Part shown: positions 48,101 to 63,100 of the stretch, piece after piece
Numbering within the stretch: position 1 is the first letter of the stretch
How the letters are laid out: the number at the start of each line of letters is the position of its first letter
NCBI GenBank assembly: GCA_040954595.2
Contig: CM082583.2
Span: 3,915,060-3,979,059 of the forward strand
Length of the DNA stretch: 64,000 bases
Source: Balanoglossus misakiensis
Lineage: Eukaryota; Animalia; Hemichordata
Direction: 5' to 3'
Program-made: the position numbers and the translations under genes
The notes under the pieces: generated by a model
Seen by the model: only the letters and a program-made list of their open reading frames with translations
Database searches by the model: none
Told to the model about the DNA's origin: nothing

Positions 48101-51100
48101 GCAATCGTTTTTTGGCATGTTACAATAACAATCAATGCACTGTAGTTTTCTAAGCCACATTTTTTAAGTGAAGATGACTGTTGTCCAACTCATGACTAAG
48201 TTCCAATGTCACTGTGGCATTGACCATGACACAACTTGATTGCTCTCCTGCTTGTCGCTGCATTAAAGTGCTTATTTTGTCAGACAGAGCAATCAATAAT
48301 TCACACCTCAAAGTGAAACTCTTTTTGATATCCACAGGAATCATAAAATGTCAACTGATGGAGGGACAGCTAGATGATGCTGAACAACAGTTGGAATTCC
48401 TGAATGAGATACAACAGTCCATTGGAAAATCATCGGTAAGGAAGAAAATCGAGACAAATATGAAATCTGCTTTCAATCAGCTGGAGATATAGGCATCATC
48501 TTTACCTTTTGAATCACTGGTCTTGTCGGCATTTGATAATCCAGCAGGCACTACATACATTTTGCAATTATTCAAGTTTCTTAACTCAATGTAAACTAAA
48601 TAATTGATCTACTGGTTAGGTATAGAATAATCAGCAGTCCTGGTCACGTTCACTTTAGGAGGTGTAAATGACATTGCAGACTGCCAAAGCACATGTTTTA
48701 TAGGGAGTGCAATTTGCTGATTCCTGACTAGTTACATATCTTTTCTTATCACAATGTCAAAAACCAATACTGAGTAGCTTCATGTGTTGCTGAAAATAAA
48801 CTTTCCTGGCCATAGAAAATAGCCAGGTGTGACGTTTCCGTTTTGTTTTGATAACATTAAGAACAAAGACATATATTCTTTAATCTTTGCATTTATTTCT
48901 TGTGTAGGAACTTTTGTACCTGAGTGCTGTGTTGGCAAGAAAGCGAGGCAAAGGAGGGGAAGATGTAACACAGATATTAAATGAAGCCATCGAAACACAC
49001 TTTGGATCTTTGAAAGGACTTCCACTCAGTGTACAATACTACCAACAATTGAATCCAGATTTTCTGATTGAGATAGTCAATGAATACCTACTATTTGCGC
49101 CTTCCACGGTAAGTTATTCGTTGTTAATTCGTAGAAAATATTTGACTTATATGTTTACTACCAGTGTTTTTGCACAAGATAATTTATGTCTCTCAATGCG
49201 GCATGCTTTTCAAAGTACAGCCTTTTCAAAGTTAGCCAATGCTAACTTTTGATGGTTATCATCTTTCCCTACAGTTCTTTTATTTATTAACAAGTTGTCT
49301 GCATAGAACACTCATTATGTGCATTAGTTAGATAATGCACTTATCAGAGTTCCCCCTCCCCCCAACCTACTCCCTGAGAGTATGAGGGGCAATATTAGAA
49401 ATTGATCCCAAAACATATCCCAACATGGGGGAATTTGATATTGTGAAACGACCACCTCCACATGAATTAAAATTTTGAATATTAACCATAAGTTTACATT
49501 TCCAATTGCACATTCCAGGAGTCAATGGTAAGTCATAATTCCAACCGATACCATTAAATTTACTTGTGTGTCTGATTTGAATAAACCTTCAAATTAAAGG
49601 TTAAAGGGAAGTTCTTTTCGAGTTGGCTGTTCCTTGATTTCTATCCTTGCTGGGTCATGAGTGAACCGTCTGTACATGCTTTAGTCTCCTACCACTGTAT
49701 TTTCAAGACCCAAAAGTTAAGTTCTTCTTGTTTCAGTTTCAGTCAAAACTGGCAGTTACTTGTATCGTTGGGAATTGTGCAAACACTGAAAGCAATAACT
49801 AGCTTATCATGTTCCAATATGTACATGTATGCCGTAGTCAAAAAATCAGTATCTGTAATAAATTTAAGATTAACATTTTCACACAGGCCCTTAAAAATCT
49901 TAATTTGATTTTAGCTTTATTTATTTATGGTTTTGAGTAAAAATAACCAAGTAGAGTTCAGAGTTTTTGCTTTCTGGGTTTCCCTTGTTATCTTTGATGA
50001 AAAATGAGACTTTGAAAGAAAGAAATTGTGCAGCACCACCTTGACCCAGCTTTTTCAAAACATCAAATAAAATTGCATGTTTCAATTCTAAAACTTGTGA
50101 CTATAACTTTTATTCATCTGTGTCTTCATTGATGTTTTCTTCAAATTAACACCTTCTTAACCGAAAATGGACATTAGCTGTAACGTTTGCCTTTGTAGTT
50201 TTAAAAACATGGCAGTCCTGTTAATGTACAAGCTTGTAGACATTGCAGTTCTGTCGCTTGAGAAGAATGGAGAGACGAGTAATGGCTTCTAATATAGGAC
50301 TTGTCTGTTTTTTTTATATAATTATTTCATAATTTTGAAACTTACTGTTTCTGTCATTTTGTGCTGGTAATTCTTCATTTAATTTCACAAATGAGTGGGT
50401 ATTGACAAAATGTTGGTATCCCCCCCCCCCTCTCCCTCCCCCTACCCTCCCACATTGTCAAGAGATTCATAACATCATTCCTAGTTCTTTTTTTTATACA
50501 TTTGAACTTTAATGTGTCATTCATCAATACTATATAATTTAATATCTTTATTACATAAAATTTACGTTCACATGTTTGGAGTGTAATCTAAGGTTTGATA
50601 GCACTCTGAGATCAACTGATTTTTGCTGCAGGGCATAAGCTCAGTTTATCTCAGCGTGATATCAAACCTTAGGCTATATTGTATTGAAGAACACTACTAT
50701 TTGTTGGCATGTTTGGAGTATGCAAACTTTAACGGAAAATATCGCAGATTCTGAATTATAATTATTTGATCTGGGAGTGTCTTGTGTTAGATTTAGCACA
50801 ATTAGTTGTGTGTATAGTCTATGTCTGATTGTTTTTACATTAACTGTCACTGTTTGTTACATTTCATGTTCACAATGCACTGCACCACAATGATTTGGTC
50901 TCATGTTTCCCTTATGTGCATGCATGCATCACCAGCTTCTACAGGTGAGAACTTAATTCTCTTGAACTATATGTAGAATCTAGTCTATACCTTATTTCCC
51001 TATGACAATACATCCACTCATTATCATGTATCATGTCATGAGTGGTCCACTGTGATCAGTTACTTTCAAACCAGAAAATATGTTGCACTTTGCTATATGA

Positions 51101-54100
51101 GACATGAATCGAGAAACCAACCAACCAACCAACCAACCATGAATTGATGATGCAACACTAAAGCAGACTAAACCTTTACTTTTTGGAATCCATGCCATAG
51201 TGCATCCTGCTGCATAATTAGTGACAAAAATATTGTACAGTATAAGATGGTTAATTAAATAGCTGGTAATGCATTTAGAATTTGATGATATTGCATTATA
51301 TTGCAGTCTACACATATAATGGTAAAAAATAGTAAAAATAACATGCATTGTAACTTGGCTATTATGTAGTATAAATGTGCCAATTGTTTTACTAGAAACT
51401 AGCTGTCGCTGTGTGATATGACAGAATTGCATTGCAATAATTAGTGTAACACGCACTGATTTTAGATTGATATAATTGACTGCAAATGTAGTCATTAACT
51501 AGTCTTTGCTCCTTGATGGCTTCTTGTTGGCAATTGTTGGTGTACTGGAAAAGATGTTATGTCCAGTATGTTCATGGTATGTGAACATTAGTGGATACTT
51601 CATATACATTGTACATAATGGACATATTACATGTACTAGTTCGTAGTGGATACTGTAAAACACTTTATTTTCGCGAGCAATTAATTTTCGCCAAATACGC
51701 GAGAGCGAAAATAGCGTGAAAATAAAAAGTCGCGTAAATTGTTTTTGAAGATAACGATGCAGTGAATGAGATAAGAGAACGCGAAAATTAATACTCGCGA
51801 AACAGTGGCCTCTATCTATATCGCGAAAATTTTGACTCGCGAAAATAAAGTGTTTTACAGTATGACTCATGTACATAGTGTAGCATTAACATGTACACAG
51901 TGAACTTCCAACAAGTACAGAAAGAAAATTTTCTTCAACTCTACTTAGGAATAAAGAATTCAGAAGACTGTACAGATGTGTTCCTTCCATTTAAAATCCA
52001 TCATCATAAAACACCAACAATTTGTCTCCGAAAGCCTTTTACAGCTTCACTAACATGTCTACCTCCTACATACTTCTAATATGTACGCTGAATATTATGC
52101 TAAATGGTCATCATCAGATGCAAAAAAATATGCCTATCGTATAATCTCTTGTAAAGAAAAGATAACCACGCACTGCTACTTTGCAAACTTTGAAATGTTT
52201 TTATGTAGTGGCTTGTAAATTAGTCATCCTCAAATTGATTTCTCTGTAAAGTTTCACTTCATATCAGTTATTTAAATTTATCTGTTATGATTTGCAATAT
52301 ATCAATCTGCCAGCTTAGATTTTCTAGGTTTTTTAAATCCATAGCTGTTGCTTAGAACACCAAAGTGACTCATAGTGAAATGTTATTCTTCACTCGATCG
52401 AAGAAATTCACATTTGTATTTTCTGCCCATTCACTGAAGTAATGCATAGCCAGCCCCCGAAAGTTGCAACTGTAAAAGAATTATGAACACTCAGGACAAT
52501 CAGGAAATACTGAAATTTAATCCTGTGATAAGCAAGTGGTGAAGTGAGATCTGACTGAGTTAAGGTAGTTGGAAAGGCTATTTTTGAAGCAAATTCTCTC
52601 AATGTTTGTGAATTTATTTTCACAAGTTAGAATAAAGATAATGACTTGAAATTTGCAGCATGTGTTCTTAACAAACTAAAAAGTGAGGGAAAAATATGAC
52701 TGTAAAAATATCTGCTAAAATTATGAAATTTGATACGCCTAAATATAAATATTCATAATTTTACAAAATATTGATTGAATCTTGACATGTTTTCACAAAT
52801 TATTGAATAATTTGTATTCATTTTAATATGAAGCAACCCCTCCAGCAATGTATGGGACACTTTCAGCAAAAACTTATTTTTTTCAAAGTTATCACTCAGG
52901 AAAACACAGTTTTTGTTGATATTTTGTATACAACTTTAACGTGCTGCCAAAACACAACGGGAAAACTTATGAAAAAACTGTCCCGTAAAATTGTTCTTTG
53001 GGATGTCCCGAGCCTTTCCTGAAAGTTTCATAATAAAAAAATTATCTGGCATACCAATTCAATCACAAATAAAAACCATTACATTATGGCGAAGGGCAGA
53101 AAAGTAGCGAAATACGCAAAGTTTAGTGGCAGTTCACGGCGAAGGATCACATTTATCTGGGTCAAACGCTTTTCCGCTGGCTTTTCGGGTTCCCTAGAAA
53201 TGCAAAAATGTCCATAATTTGGCAGCCTTTAATAAACAAGCAAGGTTATCTATCTCTGAAAATTGCAAGAATCAGTGTTTGCAAGTTACATTTAAATGCC
53301 CTTGGCTAGGGGAACCCTTCCTTGTGCGCATAGCCTAGGAGAAGTCTTCCCCAAGAGGGCGCTCAAATAAGGCTCCCTAGCTTCCTTGCCAGATGAATGA
53401 AATTAGGTATCATAAAACCAGCCATATCTTGTTACACGTTTATTGCCCCGAATTTTTCATGAGTTTAATTTTTCTCTAATACATTTCTAGATATAAATTC
53501 AGTGTTTTTAAATGAAATTTTAACTGACGCCCTAGCCTTTCCAACTACCTTAATGGAAAGTTCCTTGTTCCTCCTAAACATGCATTAAAGGCAAAATGTA
53601 CAAAGACAGTTTAAATTCATGTATTTGCAAGTAATCGTTTTGTGATACTCTCAAAAATACATTGCAGTGTGAGGCTAACACTTTGTTAGGAATGTTGTCT
53701 GAGCTATTTACCACCATGATTTCTTGCTAAGTTCTCCAAATTTTCTGTACATGAAGTGAGGACTATATCAACAACAATGGCATAGACTTGTGCCATTTGT
53801 TGTGGTTTAAACAACTTTTTGACAAAAACATACATTAGTAGAATCTTTACGATATATCTACAATATCAATTTTGGACATAGATATCTCACGAAAGGTTCC
53901 TTTTCTACAGCCAACCGTACAAGGGCAGCCGTCAGCTCCAATATTGAAACGATGTGCAATGGTGTTGGATCCGCTCACCAAATCCGTACCCGGTTTGATG
54001 GACGGACTCTATCTTCTCGGTAAAGTCAAATTTCTGTCAGGAGAAGTGGACGCAGCACAGGGCACATTGCAACACTGTCTGGATGTCAACCCAACATTCT

Positions 54101-57100
54101 CTGATGCTCACCTTCTGATGGCACAGGTAACTTTTTTTTTTTCATTCTGGCTGTCATCCAAAGGTCAAGACCAAGGTCGTTTGCAAAAAAAATAATCAAC
54201 CTCTTTTGAATTCATATCACATTTTTTTAATGTAATTTTGATAAGTGAGTAATCTACATATTCACACATGCCACAGTTGTAACTATGTGTCTGTGCCATT
54301 TTGAAGAACACTGAAATGAGCATAATTCTCAATCTAATTGAAATCAGGTGTAGGGATGGCTCGACCTTTACCTGTGCCGATTCTTGGCTGTTCTGTTCTC
54401 GGATGTAATGTGGTGGACATCTGAGAAAAGAACTGAACATCCAAGAGCCAGCATAAATGTAAAGATTGAGCCAACCCTACATCTGATTTTAATCAGATTG
54501 CACCATTCTGAAAGCAACTATTAGTCTACTCTGCATGTTAAGTAAACAGTGCTCCCATATTCTTCTTGAATTTCTTCATTATTATGTATAATTGTTTTGT
54601 AGATCCATTGTCATCTTGGAAATTTCAAGCAAGCATCTCAGTCTCTGGAACAGGGTCTCAGCTACAATTTTGAGGTAAGTTCTTTGTACTTAAAAGTACT
54701 TTAAATGTAACAAACCCCTGGTGGGGATAAAGGATTAAGGTTATCAGAAGGCCAAGTACATATGCAACAGAAAAAAATCATGTCTAAACAAAGTGTGTAT
54801 TTTCAACTCCACTTCAGTGTGTAGAGATTCAACTTTTTTATTTATTTATTTATTTCATCTTTATTTCAGATTATAAAGTAATCCATAGCAAAACAAAACA
54901 CCATAAAAAACATCAAAACAATCGTCTACTCCAAACCTTCCAAAGTCCACTATTTGAGAACACTGATAGTGATAAAACACTGGCTACAAGTGGATTACTT
55001 GAGAGGTGGAGTCTGCTGAAAAAGCTTTACCATAGAATTATTGAGAAACCACTATACAGTACTGGTAGGATAGGAGTGTTTGCTAGGGATTGCCTTTTAA
55101 TGGACATGTACAGGTACAATAGATGTGTTACATCACTTTTTTTTGAAGAAATGTTTTGTTTTCTTTCTTAAAGGTACGTGAAGCTCCTCTGTATCACTTG
55201 ATCAAAGCCAGAATCCAGAAAAGAAAAGGAGACATCGAAGATGCCGCAAAGACACTACAAACAGCCATGACACTGCCAGGCATTAAAAGACCTGGTAAGT
55301 AGAGTGGCATAAGGCATTGTGACATAGCTATTTAAACGGACAAAGTCTCTCTCTCGCTGCCCTTTTTTCCATTACATTTGTATTTATGTTTGATACAAGA
55401 CACTTTATGTTAATGTACATGTACAAGTGGATATATAGTCAATCAACATTCAACCACACACACCTTCCATCCTGCTTGTAGACATGAGAGTGAATAATCA
55501 GTCTCTACCATTTATTCATTTTGGGCGAGTTTTTACTCTCATATCCTACAAACGGGATGCAAGTTGTGTATGGTCGAACATTGATTCACTATATATCCAC
55601 ATGTACATTAACATAAACCTGTGTCTTGTATCAAACATAATTAATGGAATAAGGGCAGCAAGAGAGAGACTTTGTCCCTTTAAGGTAGATGACTACTCAT
55701 AAGTTAGAATATTGTCATTTTCCTGATTTTTATAGATATTGTTCATTTGGCGCTGGTCATCTGTAAATGCTGGCAGGATTCTTGGCCAATTGTTCTGATC
55801 AGCCGTTTAATGGATTTCTTTCATTTTCAGCTCATCCTGGTTCTGCCAAGAAGAGCAAAATACAAGTCAGTACAAATGACAGAGTGTCAGTGTTTTTAGA
55901 ACTAGCTGATGCCTACAGACAACTGGATAGACAGGTAAAATTTAACATACATTTAACGTGATTTCTAATCATACCCAGTACATTGTCGCGCATGTGGTAC
56001 ATGTGTACTGTCCCAGGAAGTTTTTTTTTTGCAATTTGCAGTGTCTTTTGCATAAAGTTTATGGAAGTTTGACAATGGGTAAAGGCCATTTAGTATGTAC
56101 TCCAGCTTCTGTGAAATTATTTATAAAGCCCATAAAAGCTGCATCTCTTTTCTCAGATATTCTTTGATTTCTGGTCACAAAATGAGCTACAATTACCAGG
56201 GCAAAATGAGATCTAGCCAATCACAGAATTTCAGTGGGTGGCACATATGTCCTTAAGAACACTCAGATCACCATTTTAGCCATTTATGGACATATATGTA
56301 TGTTTGTAAATTGGAGGTGACCATGTACTCAACATCAACATTAATTACTACAGCTTTATATCCTCATTGCAATCATTACATGAAAATATAATTCTTTTTA
56401 TAAAGCCGGAAGCAGCTAAAGTAATGCAAGATGCCATTAATGAATTCACTGGAACTCCAGAAGAAGTTCGTATCACAATCGCCAATGCTGATTTGGCATT
56501 GCAACGTGGTGATGTGGAACTTGCACTCGGAATGTTACGGAATATCACACCGGAACAAGCTTATTATGTAGAGGCTAAGGAAAAGATGGCAGATATTTAC
56601 CTTAATTACAGAAAGGATAAGAGATTGTATGCCAGTTGTTACAGGTAAGCCCTGCAAGGATTTATTGATGACTCTGTTCTGGTTTCAAACAAAGTGTTTT
56701 AAGCAAGGTACCAAAGATTGAACTCCTATATTATGGTCAGAGATCACCAACTCAAGTGGGCCCCGACATGTGTCATAACATCGTGTGTAAGGTACTGAGA
56801 AATTAGTCTAGATCAAATTACTGAACACTATTTTCTGTTCCTAGCTTTATGTTAAGGACATGAACTCACCACATCATTAAATGGTTCAAATTTGTGATTT
56901 CAGAGAACTTGTTGACAAGCATTCAAGTCCACACACATCCTTACTATTGGGGGACGCTTACATGAGCATACAAGAACCAGAGAAGGCTATTGAAGTGTAT
57001 GAATCTGCACTGAAGAAGAATCCGAGAGATTCTGCATTGGCCAGTAAGATTGGAAAAGCATTGGTGAAGACACACAACTATGGCAAGGTTAGGAGAATTT

Positions 57101-60100
57101 CTTGTTTAAAGGGACAAAGTCTCTCTCTTGCTGCTCTTTTTCCATTAATTATGTTTGATACAAGATACTGTGTATGTTATTCTACATGTGGATATATACT
57201 GAATCAACTGTCAACCACATACAACTTCCATCCAACTTGTAGACACTAGAGTGAAAAACTCGCCAAAATGAATAATCGGTCTCTACGGTTTATTCATTTT
57301 GGCGAGATTTTTACTCTCATATCCTACAAATGGGATGGAAGTTGTGTGTGGTGGAATGTTGATTCACTATATATCCACATGTACCTTAACATAAACGGTG
57401 TCTTGTATCAAACATAATTAATGGGAAAAGGGCAGAGAGAGAGTGTCACTTTAAAGTTTGCATCAAGGTCTAATACTTCACAACCTTGTAATAAACACAT
57501 TTGATGCTTATTATTAGACCACATTTTTCACACCTTGTATGTCACACCGCGTGCAATTCTAATCAAATAGGATCATAGTACCTGTGATATTGCTTTTTGT
57601 TCATCCTGCTGTATTTGCATTCTCAGTCACAGCCTCACATAATTTCATTGCAGGCTATTAATTACTATGAAGCAGCTTTGAAGACAGGCAGTCAGAACTT
57701 CCTTCGCTATGATCTGGCTGAGCTTTTACTCAAACTCAGACAATTTGACAAGGCAGAGAGAACACTGAAAGCAGTACTGGACAAAGAACAAGGTGAGTCT
57801 GCAATTATGCATTTATTTTCATCGTATATTTCAATTTGAGCATATATTAAAAAAGCGTCCATGGAAATATCTTGTAATTCATTTTGTTTTACAGCCAAGG
57901 ATCTTGCATCCATGATAGAAGAGACAAGATGTCTAGTCTTGCTGTCCAAAGTTTATCATAAATGTGGTAACCTCAATGACTGTATGCTGTCACTGAACAA
58001 TGCTAGAGATGTCCAAGCGAGGTAAGAGATAGAGAATAATTGTTTCTCAGTATTCCTAACTTTTTCACGATGATTGTAAATAACGATATATTTAGACATC
58101 ATTTTATTGTTGAATATGCAATTTCGTTGGATTTGATATGGGCAACTTTTTTTTTTATTTTTGTATGTTCTGTGATAAAGTAGTGGAATTCATTGATATG
58201 TGGTTGACCTGAGTGAATTAAAGCCATGAAAATTAATATATACACATAAAATTATATTTCCTGCATCCTTTGTAATTTGATGAGTATGATGATAACTTGA
58301 AAGTATAATTTGTTCATTGTGATAGAGTTTTAAAGAGAGTACAGATGGAACAACCAGATGCAGTGCCAACACAGAAAATACTAGCTACGAGGTTAGTACT
58401 ACCATTTGTGTTGTTTATATGCAGTAGCTGATGCAACCCAAACCCCCAAAATGTGTTTCACAAATGCCAAAAATGGAAGGTGACACTGCACGTAAAGACA
58501 CTCGTTCATACAGTTTCAGTACAATACATAACTGCTGATTGTATTTGGCAAGTAAAGGATATGAACCTGTGTTAAAGACAGCCTGAGTTCTTCCGGTAAA
58601 ATGACTGCATTGTCAATGTGCCAACCTTGAGGGAAACAGATTTGTTCACAATATCATGACACAGATGCAAACTATAATTTGGACCCTCTTTATTGTTTTC
58701 AGCATTTGTGTAGAAATGGCTAAACATGCAACTGAGCAGAGAGAATATGATAGAGCCATTAAATTCTACAAAGAAGCTTTAGTGTACAGTGACACCGATG
58801 GCAAAGCAATGTTAGAATTGGCCAGATTGTATCTACAACAGGATGATCTTGATGCGTGTCAACATCAACTGATGCAGTTGTTACAATCTGAGAAAGAAAA
58901 TGATGCAGCTACTGTGGTAAGCTTCTAAATCTGTGTTTGTTTAAAGGAACATTAGCTCTAACTTTTGACTTTATTTCCAGTATTTTTGTTCTGTATATCC
59001 AATGCAATTTCTTGTTCTACTCCAACCAGCATGTTAATATGCTGACTTGTTAATCTGTCTTTCAGATGTTGGCAGATTTGATGTTCCGTAAAGGTGAATA
59101 TGACCAGGCAATATTCCACTTCCAACAACTGCTTGAAAGATCAGCTGGTGAGTCCATGGACACTGTTGTTCTTAATTTAGTGTTATAGTTCTGAAATTAC
59201 TGCACTTAATATTTGATGAAATGATGTGCAGAGATTGAACTTTACAGAGATCTGACTGTACTAAGAGACGCAGCAGTTTACTGAATGCTAATTTGCATAT
59301 TTAATACACTTGTGCAATTACTGCTACAAATCCAGAGTAACTGTACTGAATCTTATGATTCTTGATAAAGTTATTCTTCTCCCATTGAATTAACAGATCA
59401 CTACGATGCCTTGTCAAGACTGGTTGATTTGATGCGAAGGGCTGGTAAACTGGAAGATGTTCCACCCTTTCTGGAACAGGCTGAGAATTCCTCTGCCAGA
59501 GCTCCGACTGATCCAGGCTTCAACTATTGTAAAGGGCTGTACATGTGGTAAGACATTCATTTGTACTCATATCTTTTTCACATTACATCTACACTATTAA
59601 TTAATTAAATTAAAACCAGTCATTAGGGTTACATGCACAGCTCCAAGTAAATTGACCAACATATATATTCTTGTATTAAATGTGGTTGAAATGTTGACAA
59701 TTCCAAATTACTGTCACGAATTCACAGGTACATTGGTGATGCTAATTCTGCCCTGAAACATTTCAACATGGCACGCAAAGATTCCGATTGGGGACAGAAG
59801 GCATTGGAGAATATGATTGAAATCTGTTTGAATCCAGACAACGACACAGTTGGTGGTGAAGTGTTTGACAATATGGACAGTGAATTCAGGTGGGTCTCCT
59901 TATTGTAGTCATACATGCAGGCTGCTTTAGGGTCATTGAGTGACTATCTGACTTAAATGCTATTGGTATAGCACTCCTGACCATACTGAAAATCTTGTCT
60001 ATGGATAGCCCAGTGATATCATTTTCATGAACACAGAATTGATGCTCCAAATTTGAAAGAATCATATACAGCAATCTCACATGGTTATATTGGTACTGCT

Positions 60101-63100
60101 TGCCAATTATCCATTTATTTGCATATTAACAGTGGATTTTGCTTTTGCTGATCAGTATTTTGTTGGGTCTGAGGAGAATTATGTCATTTCTTCTCAAGCA
60201 GTTTATCAGTGTAGCTGTTTATCGACAACTTAAGAAGACCGTTATTTTTTAAATTAAATGTACGCAGCTAATTTGATAAAACTATCTAGATATTCTAGAC
60301 AATAAACTGCAACTTCGCATGTTTCAGTCCACTCAATGTTTTAACATCCAGTGATGGCTATGTCATTGACAGTGACTGGTTAAACAGTAAAATGCACAAT
60401 GCATGAAGATGAAATATGATTCCATGGACAGTTTACAAGGAATCCCCTACCAGTACTAACATAAGACCACCATTTGTTTTCTTTGACAGTAATTCAACAG
60501 AAAAACAAGATTCTGAAGCATTGGCAGTTAGAACAGCTGAAAAACTACTGAAAGTAGGTTTTGTCACCCTGGTTCTACCGTACTGCCAAAAGCATAATTT
60601 GTTCTTTTAAAAAAAATACTGTAAAACACTTTATTTTCGCGAGTTGAAATTTTTCGCGATATCGAGAAAGGCCACTGTTTCGCGAGTATTAATTTTCGCG
60701 TTCTCTTATTTCATTCACTGCATCGTTATCACGCTATTTTGGCTCTCGTGTATTTCGCGAAAACTTATTGCTTGCGAAAATAAAGTGTTTTACAGTAGCT
60801 TCTACTGTAGATTACATCATCATTTAGTAGTTTCATAATTTGATTGGTATTTTAAAATGTGTTCCTTATTTTTTGTTTTGTTTAACGTCTTCAACAATTT
60901 TTCTATAACATTCTGACATGATATTTTGTTGTACAACTATAGGAACTTAGACCGCAGCCTGGCTCAGTGAAGCACATGATTCTGGAGAATGCAGCTCTAA
61001 TTGCAACAAAATCTAAGCCGAATATTGATAAAGCTTTAGCAGCATTTATGGAAATCGCCACCAATGAGGTAAAGTATGATGTCCAGATGCTACAGTTGAT
61101 GAATACAAACACTAGATATGTCATGTAAATTCCAATATGCCCATATTGAGATATTTGAGATCATTTTCATTTTTTTTTAAATCTTTTGTTTTGTTTTGTG
61201 TGTGCAGAGAGAGAGAGAGAGAGAGAGAGAGGGGAGGGGAGAGAGGTCACTGACATATTGTGTGTTTTGTTTTACAGAGGGACCATGTAGGTGCACTTTT
61301 AGGAATGGCTACAGCATATATGATGTTGAAACAAACGCCAAGAGCTAGAAATCAGCTAAAAAGGATTGCTAAAATGAACTGGAATTCTGTTGTAAGTAAT
61401 CACTGTATTATTATAACTTATAATGTTGATCCCATCTTCAAATTCTGGAAACCCCCTTAAACTTGGCTTCCTAATGTCTAATCATAAACATAGTGTTAAG
61501 TAGTCATTGCACTTTAAATTATTTGATTTTTTTTTCTTTGAGCAGGATGCTGAGGAGTTTGAAAAAAGTTGGTTGCTACTAGCTGACATCTATATTCAGT
61601 CTGGCAAATATGACATGGCAACAGAACTGCTGAAGAAGTGTTTACAACACAATCAGGTAAATCATATGCTCCATACAAATTCATTTGTTGTTCAATTTAT
61701 TTTCAAACACTGCTCACTGCATCCTTCGCAGTATAAATGCTACAAAAAGAATGGCACTTATTAAAGCCCAACTGTACAGGACATTTCCACATAATTTTCA
61801 TTATTTTACATTTAAAAAATTAGCATTTCATGAAATTTGTCTGCTGAGGGGTAAGTATGTGCTAATTATGAAATATTGAAGGGAGCACACAAGAAAATTG
61901 TGAAATAATGATTTTTTTTACAACCAGAATATGGCCATGAATATCGAAGAGAATAAGAATATATTTTTTAGATAAATAAAATGCAAAAAAAAGTTGCATG
62001 CTGTGGTTTTTAAACTCTCACTTCTTATTCAATTCTTAACAGTCCTGCTGTAAAGCCTATGAATACATGGGATTTATAATGGAGAAAGAGCAATCATACA
62101 AAGATGCAGCGATGAACTACGAAAAAGCGTGGAAATATGGCAACCAGAACAGTCCTACTATTGGTGAGTTCAATTTTTTGAATACCGTAGTTACACTTTT
62201 TCATGTTTCCATATCAAAAATCATGATTTTAATTTGCTCAAATGTGTTTTCTGCTATTTTTCCCTTTCCCCATTTGTGAATTTCCTGCTCATTTTCGAAT
62301 ATTTGGTCAAAAACTCTTCTCTGCCTAGTTGGTCTGAAATTTTGTTTAAGGATATCTTTTTATTATTTATTTTTTGTATGAGGATACATAAAGATTAGCA
62401 CTATGACGATATTATGAGGTTATTACGAAAATACCGCAAAGTATGCACGAGGACATTAGCGCCAAGTATCGCCCGATGCGTAGCGGAGGGCGATGCGCTG
62501 CGCTAATGTCCGAGTGCATACTTTGTGGTATTTTCGTAATAACCTTATTATTATACATCTTACATCTCCGTTAGTTCTTGTGTTGCATGTTATTTGGCTT
62601 TCAAAATGCCCAAAATGCCGATACAATCGATCGAAAACCGCTCAGTTGACTCAGTGAGCAGCCATCTTTCTTTTTTGATTACGTGCGTTGGAGTGGGGGT
62701 GTCTTGAAACCGTCCGCATAACAACGCATACCTGTACACCGTGAGTTGGGGCGCCTTGAAACTTAGGACGTATTTAACACGCGTTCCGTACGTACCGTTC
62801 CGTACGGCTTTTTATTGCACGCCAAAATCTATTGTTCTCGGCACTAGATGTATAATAATACAAAAATACTGCATGCATGCATGAGGACATTTGGCCGCGT
62901 TTCACCTGACACATAGCCGAGGACCATTTGTCTGATTGATATGAAATGTGATTTGGAGGGTCCTTGGTATGCCCCTGTATAGATGTGCAATAACGAATAC
63001 AAAATCAGTATTGTATTTTGGGGAACATTTTTTTGCTCTTTTGGCATCCTATTCCTTAAAGTTTTAAATCACCTGATTATTCAAACTTTTTTTGGTTTCA

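Noticed and set aside
51031-51876. 154-aa and 125-aa minus-strand ORFs in the long TTC21B intron
   Set aside because: No domain-like composition; one spans a palindromic MITE and the other a (CCAA)n run.
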